In this document: piece by piece, positions 53,838 through 64,000 of the stretch
Layout: the number at the start of each line of letters is the position of its first letter
Position numbering within the stretch: the stretch's first letter is position 1
NCBI RefSeq assembly: GCF_006345805.1
Contig: NC_043005.1
Location: 43,896,001 to 43,960,000, forward strand
Origin: Octopus sinensis
Taxonomy: Eukaryota
Direction of reading: 5' to 3'
DNA length: 64,000 nt
Position numbers and translations under genes: made by a program
The notes under the pieces: model-generated
Database searches by the model: none
Told to the model about the DNA's origin: nothing
What the model saw: the letters and a program-made list of their open reading frames with translations, nothing else

Positions 53838-54631
53838 TGCACGCGTAGCTGTGTGGTAAGAAGCTTGCTTCCACACCACATGTTATCAGGTTCAGTCACA
53901 CTGTGTGGGCCTTAGGCAAGTGACTTCTACTATAGCCTAGGATCAATCAAAGCCTTGTGAGAGGATTTGGTAGACAAAAACTGAAAGAAGCCTGTTGTAT
54001 ATATATACATATTTATGTGTGTGTCTTTGTGTTGATTTCCCCCCCCCCCCAACAATTGTTTGACAACCCATGCGTGTATGTTAATGTCCATGTAACTTAG
54101 TGGTGTAGCAAAAGAGACAGATAGAATAAGTACGAGGCTTTACAAAGAATAAGTCCTGGGATCGATATGTTCGACCAGAAATCCTTTGAGGTGGGGCTCC
54201 AGCATGTTCGTAATCAAATGACTGAAACATATGAGAAAATAGAGAATAAAAGAATATATACACATATGTGTGTGCATGTGCGCACGCATGTTTATATATA
54301 AGTTTATTATATGAAAAGTTGACAGAATGAACTCGATGTTCCACCCTGGGCTGGGCTTTTCATCACAAACTGAAATATCCCTGGCTAGAGTAAAACCCAG
54401 TGATTTAATAAGCATAACTATCCCCTCTACTCAAGATATTGAGTTGTGAGTCAGATAGTATTTGCTTTGCATAAATTGTATTTTAATATACTTTTCAACT
54501 CTTGCATTATGATATAGATAACATATTTATATATGTGACTATACACACACACACACATATACATGTACATGCATACATGCATGAATGTATATATATATAT
54601 ATATATACTTACACACACATACATATATATA

Positions 54632-55637
54632 TGATTGATTGATTGATTGATTCTATTTTCAGCTTATGAGCTGGGCCATGCTGGGCACCGCCATTTGGTG
54701 TTGCTACTGGTTTCACTTCATGTGGCTTTCTACAACTGCTATTTGGTGCATGAGAGAGTTCGATGCACTGCCCTCATCTGCCCTCCTGCCGTGAGTTGGT
54801 TCATCTGGACACCTGACAGGAAGAGTCCAGCTTCATTTAAAGACATCTGTATCACCTGCAGGTCTCTCAGTTCTTCGGAGGATATTGAAGAGCTGTGGGC
54901 CTCGAAGCCGGCTATCACAGAATCTTGTCCTACATCTTGATGGCAGGTTTGGAGTCCTAGGCACCACGCAGTGGCGCCCATTCTGGCATTTGCGTAACTC
55001 TCGATGCCAAAGTTCAGGACACTCTTCCTCCGGATCTTCCCTGTATATTATGGCATATCTTTCCCGCCTACGCTCCAGGGAATATTTTAATCTCTTGATC
55101 TTTCCCAGTAGCTTAATTCTGCATAGAGGCTATCTTCTTTGTGTAGCTTCGTTGGGTCGCCTCAAGTTCTGTGATCACTTGACATGGATTGACAGCTGAG
55201 AGCAATAGTCAAATCTTAGGACAAGTGTCTTCCAGAGGACCATCAGGTTTCTTGTTCTCTTTTTCTAAGGTTCTAAGAATCCATCCAGCCATCTACATTT
55301 CAGTGTCATTTTAGCAACATGTACTGAAAGGTCGCGTCATCACTCATTGAATACCCAGGTCACGCACTGATTGTGCCTTGGGATTGCAATCCCTCCGGTC
55401 CAGTGTACATTGGGTATTGCATTCAGTTTTGCATGCTGATAGTATAAAGCTTGAAACTTTCCAGCATGAACTGCATGCTATTCTTTTCAGCCCATTGTAT
55501 ATTTCGTCCAGCTCACATTGCATGTTTAGTGTCCTCAGGGTCTGTATTGCCTGTGAAACTTTTGTATCATCTGCATAACTTGTGATCGTGGCTCTCGCGT
55601 GGCTGAGGGCATGTCTGAGAGGCCATTATAACAGTAG
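54632..55637 (-). mobile_element. 5'-truncated LINE (CR1/Jockey-group reverse transcriptase), frameshifted
   Basis: Minus strand TITSYADDTKVSQ (YADD at 55566-55577), then ELDEIY, EKNSMQF and GKFQAL in shifting frames; (AATC)n tail at 54632-54652. Confidence 0.85.
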
Positions 55638-56399
55638 TATATATATATATATATATATATTGTGTGTGTGTGTGTATGTCCTGTATGTATATATATTTAT
55701 TCTCAGCTGCATCTATTATATTTCAAAATGAATGTGTGCATGACATACATATAAGGACTTTGTATTCCTCAGAACATATTGAATGCCATTCAACATCTCC
55801 ATGGATGATAATATTGTATATCTAACTACACCTAATACTGCAATATTTTGGGTTCCTCCACAACTCTTCTCACTTTCTTTCTCTCTCTTTCTCTCTCATT
55901 AGTTTCCTTTCTAATTCTCATGATTCTCAAGCTCTCTTTTTTTCTCTCCTTCGTCTTGTCTCTCCTACTTTCCCTCCTTCCCCTTTCCCACTTACTCCCA
56001 TTGTGATCCAGATTATCTTTACTTGCAGTCCTTTTATGTCTTTCTCCAAATTCATTTTTACACTAAGCCTGCCAGGCACAAAGACATCATATATTACATA
56101 TCCTTTCTATTTATTTTTTTCTCATATCTCACTGATTTCTTTTTTTCCTCTTTGGTAAAAGGTCTAACTCAAATATTAGATCTGCTTCTATTGCATTACT
56201 TGGCATTTTTATTATTTTCATCGTACACATTCTTTGATTGTTATTCTTTCACTTTGTATTCCCGCAATTTTTCTGTGTTTTACTTGTCTACATATTCCTT
56301 ACTCCATATTCTTCTTCCTTGTATTTGTATGTTTTCATCTAATTTTCTGTTTATACATACACACCCAGAATTGCTGCAACAATGAGTGTATATATATAT

Positions 56400-56950
56400 A
56401 TAGATAATATAATATAATATATTATAATATAATATATATAGTATAGTATAGTATAGTGTAGTGTAGTATAGTATAGTATAGTGTAGTGTAGTATAGTATA
56501 GTATAGTATAGTATAGTATAGTATAGTATAGTATAGTATAGTATAGTATAGTATAATATAGTATAATATAATATAATATATATAATATAATATATATTAT
56601 AATATATATAATAATATATTATAATATAATATATTATAATATAATATAATATAATATAGTATAGTATAGTATATATAGTATAGTATAGTAAGTGTAGTGT
56701 AGTGTAGTATAGTATAGTATAGTATAGTATAGTATAGTATAGTATAGTATAGTATAGTATAGTATAGTATAGTATAGTATAGTATAGTATAATATAGTAT
56801 AATATAATATAATATAATATAATAATATATTATAATATAATATAATAATATATATATATATAATATATTATAATATAATATAATAATATATATAATATAA
56901 TAATATATTATAATATAATATAATATATATATTATATTATATTTATATTA
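56400..56950. repeat. (TAGTA)n/(TAATA)n pentamer satellite, two compound blocks
   Basis: Direct inspection. Confidence 0.95.
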
Positions 56951-56972
56951 CATTAATAATTAAATACATATA

Positions 56973-57347
56973 TATATAATTATATTAAGGAGGAAGGGTG
57001 AAAATAACCTATCTCTGACATGCTCAAAATGCCGAGGTACACAAATATTACCCAAAACTCTAGGTTACATATACACAGGGCTGAAATCGGGCTTGTGAAA
57101 ATAATATTAAAAAGACTTCACATTAATTGTGAATTGGGTCCAATTTCTGGATTAAAGCCATAAAGCAGGCTTTTTTCCTTGGACCCAATTCACAATTAAT
57201 ATGAAATCCTAATATTTTTTTCACTAGTCTGATTTCAAACTTGTGTATATATAATCTGGAGTTTTTGGTAGTATTTGAGTGCCTCGGCATTTCCAGCATG
57301 TTGGAGATAGGTCGTTTTCACCCTTGGTCCCTTAATATAATTATATA
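56973..57347. mobile_element. Fold-back MITE with ~170-bp inverted arms
   Basis: ATTAATTGTGAATTGGGTCCAA / TTGGACCCAATTCACAATTAAT; AAATGCCGAGG / CCTCGGCATTT; AAGGGTGAAAA / TTTTCACCCTT. Confidence 0.8.
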
Positions 57348-57955
57348 CATATATATATATAATTATCAATCTAATGTATAAATTACTTATAAATTTTTCA
57401 TAGCATCCTGACTACCTGATAAAAATCTTTAACATGATTTTATCCTTATATTCTATATATATATTCTTTTACTTTTTCACTCATTAAATTGTGGCCATGG
57501 TGGGGCACTGCCTTCAAGAAACTTGTGTTGATTGAGTTGCCCTCAGTACATATTTTTTAGCTTGATATCTATTCTATTATTCTCATTTGCTGTACTCCTA
57601 AGTTGCACTGATATACATATGTGTAGTTGTTCAGGGTACGTAGCCTAGTGGTTAGGGTGCTGCAATCATGATCACAAGATCGTAGTTTCAATTCCTGCAC
57701 CAGGGTGTAAGTTGTGTTCTTGAGCAAAACACTTCATCTCATGTTGCTCTGTGATCACTTCAACACCTGATGTGTAATACATGGTAATCCTGTTTGTGCA
57801 ACATCAATTTTGATGGAAGGAGTAAACTACTGCACAGCACATACATTTATTTGATCACTATAAACTAAATATTTGTGTTGGTTGATCGGTAAGAAATCGG
57901 TGGGCTGTCTTTTTCAGACTATAAGAGAAAACCATCATCATCATATATGTGTTTG

Positions 57956-57986
<31 letters not shown>

Positions 57987-58126
57987 TACGGAGATGTACT
58001 CGCATAGCAAGTGATTTGATCTGAGATCGTGTGCTGAAACGAAAACAATTGCAGCATGGAAGGTGTTTGTAAGCTATTTAAGAAACACACAAAAGCCGTT
58101 CGATTCACTTCAACATTTAAGTTTAA

Positions 58127-58176
58127 TTTGTCAAAATATTTTCGTCGCTGAAATCCGCAACCTGTTCACTGACAAA
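58127..58176 (-). ncRNA. Variant minimal hammerhead-like motif (G3:C8 core), second copy
   Basis: Minus strand TTTGTCA-GTGAACA-G-GTTGC-GGATTTCA-GCGAC-GAAA-ATAT-TT-TGACAAA. Confidence 0.55.
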
Positions 58177-58344
58177 AATCCGTGCTTATATATATGTATA
58201 TACACACACACATATATATATACATATATATGTATATATATATATATATATGTATGTGCGTGTGTGTATATATATACATATATATATATATACATATACA
58301 TACATATATATATACATATATATGTATATATGTATGTATATATA

Positions 58345-59596
58345 TTGGGTTGGCAACTAAGTTTCCGTTGTTTTTTTAAATTTTGGAATCTATTTTTTGG
58401 AGAATTCTATTTTTTAATCATTTTGGAATCTATTTTGTTTTTTTTTTCTAATTAATATTAATTAATTTTTGTTTATTTTCAGATCATTAAAATGATCAAG
58501 TTAAGAAAAACAGGCATTTTTGACACCTTCTTTTTGCTTTTAATCAAGGCTGCAAAAGCTGCTTGTAACATTTGTGCTGTGTATGGAGAGGGTGCCATAG
58601 CTGAAAGAACTGCTCGTGATTGGTATGCCAAGTTCAAAAATGCAAATTTTGACCTCAAAGCTGTCCCTCATTCTGGCCATCCAGTTAAGTTCGCTGAGAG
58701 CGATTAAACCAACTTTTGCATGAAAATTCTCATCAAACGACAAGGGAACTGGCAGAGAAAATGGAATGCTCCCACACTGCTATCGAGAAGCATCTTCACT
58801 CGATGGGAAAGGTTCAGAAGTATGGAGCATGGGTTCCGCCTGCTTTAAGTGACAACAACAAAAATCAACGAGCCACAATCTCTGCTGGTTTGCTTTCTCG
58901 TCACCGCTCAACTCATGGACACAAGCAACGATTTCTTTGCCAAATCATTACTGGGGACGAAAAATGGTGCCTGTACATCAATATGAAGCAGTGTAAGGAA
59001 TGGCTTAGCCCCTGTAAACAAGCAACACCGCACATGAAAGAGGATCTTCATCCACGTAAAACAATTTTGTGTGTATGGTGGGACTGGGAAGAGATTATCC
59101 ATTAGGAATTGCTTGAACAGAACCAAATGGTCAATACGAAACACCATGTTCAACAAATGGAATGACTCAACATGGCTATTCAAGAGAAAAGACCTAATCG
59201 GCAGCATGGAGTTCTGCTGCACAACAACGCCTGCCCTCGTATCGCCAATATGACACAGAAAGCCATTCAAACGCATGGCTGGAAAGTGCTGCCACACCAT
59301 CTGTACTCTCCTGATTTGGCATCAACAGATTTCAACCTCTTTCGATCTCTTTCAAATGCTATGCGCAGAGTTTCAATCAGTACTGATGCAGAATTGAGAG
59401 CTTGGTTGGATCAATTTTTCGAGTTGAAATCAGGTGATTTCTACCAACAAGGTATTGAAAATCGTGTTGAACGTTGGGAAGAAGTTGGAAACAACAAGGG
59501 TGAATACATTATTCATTAATTAGTTGTTATTTTTTTATTAAACCTTTTAAAAAATGTAAATTTAAAAAGATGGCAGGAACTTAGTTGTCAACCCAA
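58345..59596 (+). mobile_element. Full-length (~1.25 kb) mariner element, mellifera-subfamily-like TIRs
   Basis: TA-TTGGGTTGGCAACTAAGTT ... AACTTAGTTGTCAACCCAA-TA, within (TA)n. Confidence 0.92.
58492..59519 (+). pseudogene. Mariner DD34D transposase pseudogene
   Basis: WVPPAL (WVPHEL), ITGDEKW, LLHNNA (catalytic D to N), YSPDLASTDF, ERWEEVGNNKGEYI; broken by stops/frameshifts. Confidence 0.92.
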
Positions 59597-59859
59597 TATA
59601 TATATATATATATAATTACAATTTAACAAATAAAACATATGCATACATACATATACGTAAATACCTACATCTATATGTATATATACATGCATATATATAT
59701 AGGAGTACAGGACACCACAAATAAACGTAGAACACAACGAGAAACGAAAACATAAAAACAAACAAGGAAACAGACTTTTTTTTAACAACAGGAAAACAGG
59801 GTACAAGACAAACAATACAAGGAATGCTCCCCTTCATCAGCTGCCCCTGGTTCGACTCA

Positions 59860-59860
59860 T

Positions 59861-59892
<32 letters not shown>

Positions 59893-60199
59893 GTATGTAT
59901 GTATGTATGAATATATGTGTATATATTTATATAGATATGTATGTATGTATGAATATATGTGTATATATTTATATAGATATGTATGTATGTTTGTATATAT
60001 ATATATATATGTATGCATATATGTATATATGTTTATATGTATGTATATATGTATATATATATATGTATGTATACATACATACATACATACATACATACAT
60101 ACAGACACACATACATGCATACATACATACATACGTATGTACATACATACATACATACATACATACACACATACACACATATATACACACATACATACA

Positions 60200-60231
<32 letters not shown>

Positions 60232-60236
60232 CATAC
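59860..60236. repeat. (TATG)n/(TACA)n compound microsatellite, self-complementary
   Basis: Direct inspection. Confidence 0.9.
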
Positions 60237-60721
60237 GAAATGCAGCCAAATGGCAGGATTGTTAAAGCATTATTGAAATTACTTTGAAAGAATCATTTTG
60301 ACTTTTTGCAAGTCAAGTTCAAATTCTAGCAAGGTTAAATTTACCTTTCATCCTTTCAGTAACGATAAAGCTCCATTCTTTTTTTTTTTTTTTTTCTGTC
60401 TCATTCATCCTTTCTGTTCTGTCTGCCCCTCTCTTTCTGTGTTAAGGAAATTAGGTACAGTTGACCTACCTGCCTGGAGAGAAATGGGCTCTGCCAGGTC
60501 TCCGAAATGCCCAAGGCACAGCTTATGTTACAACAGTACCTCTCTGACACCATTGAGGATTTGAGGCCCCAAGGCAAGTCATGTATTTAGGTGAAATATT
60601 TATGTATATACATGCATGTGTGAGTGTATGTAAGTACATGTGTAAATATATATATATACATACATACATACATATATTAATATACACACATGTATGTGTG
60701 TGCATATATATACATGTCTGT

Positions 60722-60759
<38 letters not shown>

Positions 60760-61339
60760 TTTTCATATATATGTATGTATGGTGTGTTATCCTGCTATTG
60801 GTGGAATCAACAATTTTGTGTGTATGTGTGTGTGTGTATATATATATATATATAATATATATATATATATATAACACACACACATATATATATACACACA
60901 CACATGCATATACAGATATATATATATATATATAAATAAATATGTATGCATATGTATATACACACAGACATATATATATACACACACACACACATGTATG
61001 TATATTAATGTTTGTATGTATATACGTATGTATGTATGTATGTATGTATGTATGTACACACATATTGAGAGAGAGAGAGATGAGGGAGAGAAAGAGAGTG
61101 AGTTTGTGAGAGGAAAAGAGCTGTTTAAGTTTGCATTGCATAAGATTACAGTAGTTGCTACAACCACTTGCAGACAAGAGTGTCTGACACTTCAACTAAC
61201 AAAGTTCACTTGAACAGCATCAGTTTAAAAGGCTCTGCTAACAGAACAGCCTGCTAGTTGGCCTTTACTCAATTAACTCTCTGCATCACTTAGCTATACT
61301 GATATTTTGCATTTTGATTTTTGTGTTGGTTTTTTTTTC

Positions 61340-61358
61340 CTTTCTTTCTTTCTTCCCT

Positions 61359-61395
<37 letters not shown>

Positions 61396-61640
61396 TTTCT
61401 TTCTTTCTTCTTCTTCTTCTTCTTCTTCTTCTTCTTCTTCTTCTTCTTCTTCTTCTTCTTCTTCTTCTTCTTCTTCTTCTTCTCTCAAATGATCAATCAG
61501 AACAACAATCAATAAATCAATTTCTCCCTCTCTCTCTCTCCCTCTCTCTCTCTCTCTCCCTCTCTCCATCTCTCTCTCTTACCCTTTCTATTTTATTTAT
61601 TTATTTATTTATTTATTTTTTATTTATCTATTTATTTATT
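61340..61640. repeat. (CTTT)n/(CTT)n/(CT)n/(TTTA)n pyrimidine-rich compound microsatellite
   Basis: Direct inspection. Confidence 0.95.
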
Positions 61641-62743
61641 TTTTATTTATCTTTTTGTCTCTCCTTCCTATTTTCACTGGCACTTTCCTTCTCCTTTGCT
61701 TTTATCATTCTTATTCTCATTCTTCCTTATCAGCTCACGGATTTTCTTTCAGACCCCACCCCACCCCTTCTCTCGCTCTCCCTCTCTCTCTCTCGTTTCT
61801 TTAAATATTTATGATTTTCTTCTGTTCACCTTACACTATTGCCCTTTCTTTTTCTTACTGCTCTATCCTCGTTCTTCCTCTGTTATGAGGCTGAATCTGC
61901 CCTCTAGTTGTTTATTTGATAGATTAAAGAAACAAAAGTTCTAATTATTTTTCCTTCCCTCCCTCCTTTCCTTTCCTTTCCTCCCTCCTTCCTCTCTTCC
62001 ACTTTATCTTTTTTTTTCCTCCACTCTCTCTCTCTCTCTCTATCTCCTTCGGTTACTCCCTCTCTCTCTCTCTCCCCCCCCACCGCCCTTGAGAATCAAA
62101 TCCTGTTCTCGTCAGAATTAACAAAATCTGCATTATTCTAGAAAAATGTCTGCAGCAAAAACAGCAATGATAATACGAAGAAGAAGAAGAAGAATTGAAA
62201 CAGCGAATGCAATGCAGTATTACTGATACATTGAGAAATATTTCCAAGCGAACAAGGATGAAAAATAAAAATAAACGCCAGAGAAATCTGTATCACTCAA
62301 TAATCCTTTTCTCTCCATCATTTACTGGGGGAAACTTAACTCCAAGGTTGTGCAGTGCAAAATGCAGTTTATTTGTATGTTTTTGAAACATTCAGTCTTG
62401 CTATAATCTTTGCTAAATTAGAGGGGTTTTTTTTTTTTTGTTTGTTGTTGTTTGTTTTTGTCAATCTTTCAATCTTACTAGCAAATTTCTATTCGGTTCT
62501 CTCGTAGAATTGTTGTCTTTAAATAGCTTCAGCTGCTAGACCATGGTACCGAGATAGACAGCTGAATAACTAAAGAATAATCTACAAAGTGTGATAAGAA
62601 TTTTGCTTCCACGACCACATGCTTTTGGGTTCAGTCTCACAGCGTAGCACCTTGGCCAAGTGTCTTCTGCTATAGCCTTGGATCAACCAAAGGCTTGTGA
62701 AGGAATCTGGGAGAGGGAAACTGAAAGAAGTTCATTATATACA

Positions 62744-62774
<31 letters not shown>

Positions 62775-62921
62775 CTTTGTGATTGTGTTTGTCATCCACC
62801 ACCACTTGACAACTGATGTTGCTTTGAACCAGTTAATGCTATAGCCTTGGGTCAACCTGAAGTCTGCAGTAGTTTCATGGAAAGCACCAAAGACAGCAAT
62901 GGAGACACAAAGACACACACA

Positions 62922-62975
<54 letters not shown>

Positions 62976-64000
62976 GTTAGGAGGGGCATTCAGGCGTTAG
63001 GAAGGGCATCCAGGTGTTAGGAAGGGCATTAGGAATGGCATCCAGCCATAGAAACATTGCCAGATCAGACTGGGCCTGGTGCAGCCTTCTGGCTTCCCAG
63101 ACCCCAGATGAACAGTCCACCCCATGCCAGCATGGAAAGCGACTGCTGAATGATGATGATGATGTATATATGTGTGTGTATGTATGTGTTCATGAAATGC
63201 TTCTTTCATTTTCCACTTACCAAATCAACTCACAAGGCTTTTGTCAGTCTAAGACTATAAAAGACAACACTTGCCCAATGTGCTGGGTAGTGGGGCTGAA
63301 TCAAAGACCACGTGGTTGGGAACTGAGCTTCTTAACCACCCAACAACACCTGAACCGATGATAAAGATAATGAGCCATTGACGAAGGAAAATAAACTCTC
63401 TGTTTCATATTAACAAAATCTCTTGATAACGTCATTTCAAACATTGACATGTCAGTAGAAAACTAATGATGTTCAGTTCCATTATCAAAATATCAGAAGC
63501 TTAAATGATATTCCTTTTGAGAAAACAGCATCAGCAAAATATACAGCTGAAACTTAACTCAACCCTCAAACAAACTCCTCCCAACTCTGTTGCCGCTGTT
63601 TAAAACCTGCTGAAGATATTTAGACTCACCTGTTGTTGATTCAGCCACATCACACTTCTCTGTAATGATGGTGGTGGTGGTGGTGGTGGGGAGTGTGAGG
63701 GGTGTATAAGGACCAGTGGGCCATCATAGCTCTACTAACTCATGATGACACATCACCTCTACTTTTATCTTACAACCACGAGTAAATTTACAACAATACT
63801 GTTTTAATTTTTGCAAATAGCAACATTAAATAATTTTATAAAAATACACATCTACCATATCCACTCGCAAGACTTTGATTGGCCAACGTTTGTAGTAGTA
63901 TTTTCTGTTATTTTGTTACAGCTTATAAAGTTCAGTGCTGAGTGTGTATATTTCCTTTATTGTATGTGTCTGTGTATATAAATATATATATGAACCCGCA

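Noticed and set aside
54647-55578. Plus-strand ORFs of 66-104 aa
   Set aside because: Antisense frames of the minus-strand LINE reverse transcriptase fragment
59700-59860. Minus-strand CTGATGA followed by a hairpin (AAGGGGAGCATTCCTT)
   Set aside because: No GAAA, stem III or closing stem I; probably a truncated retroelement tail, not a ribozyme
418-61213. Dozens of ORFs rich in YIYI/CVCV/HTHT
   Set aside because: They are translations of (TA)n, (TG)n and (TACA)n microsatellites, which lack stop codons
61294-61814. Poly-Glu, poly-Leu, poly-Ser and poly-Phe ORFs
   Set aside because: Products of the (CTT)n microsatellite
4917-63361. Recurrent ORFs with motifs such as GTEPGTMWL, SFDCGHAGAPP and FYGWMPFL
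   Set aside because: Chance reading frames in high-copy SINE/retroposon sequence, not a protein family

Overview
AT-rich, repeat-dense animal genomic DNA. The SINE families, RTE-type (GAT)n-tailed repeats and (TA)n/(TACA)n tracts look like an Octopus (coleoid cephalopod) genome; this is inferred from repeat recognition. Almost all ORFs in the supplied track are microsatellite or SINE artefacts. The one convincing host CDS is a 234-codon exon (37746-38450, +) behind a strong splice acceptor; I cannot name the protein. The first 12 kb appears to hold the 3' end of another + strand gene: a short terminal exon at 1659, a candidate 6-nt microexon at 7669-7674 and further acceptors. Mobile DNA includes a full-length decayed mariner with mellifera-type TIRs, a piggyBac deletion derivative nested in a pogo-like MITE, a Helitron, two LINE 3' fragments and many SINEs and MITEs. 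The most notable signals are RNA-structural. (i) A 476-bp unit in inverted plus partial-tandem arrangement forms a ~488-bp near-perfect palindrome and carries a canonical type I hammerhead ribozyme on each strand (Penelope-like/retrozyme architecture). (ii) A second dispersed repeat carries a hammerhead-like fold with a swapped G3:C8 core pair. (iii) A U6 snRNA copy appears split by a SINE insertion with a target-site duplication. Coordinates were counted by eye, and repeat boundaries are approximate.
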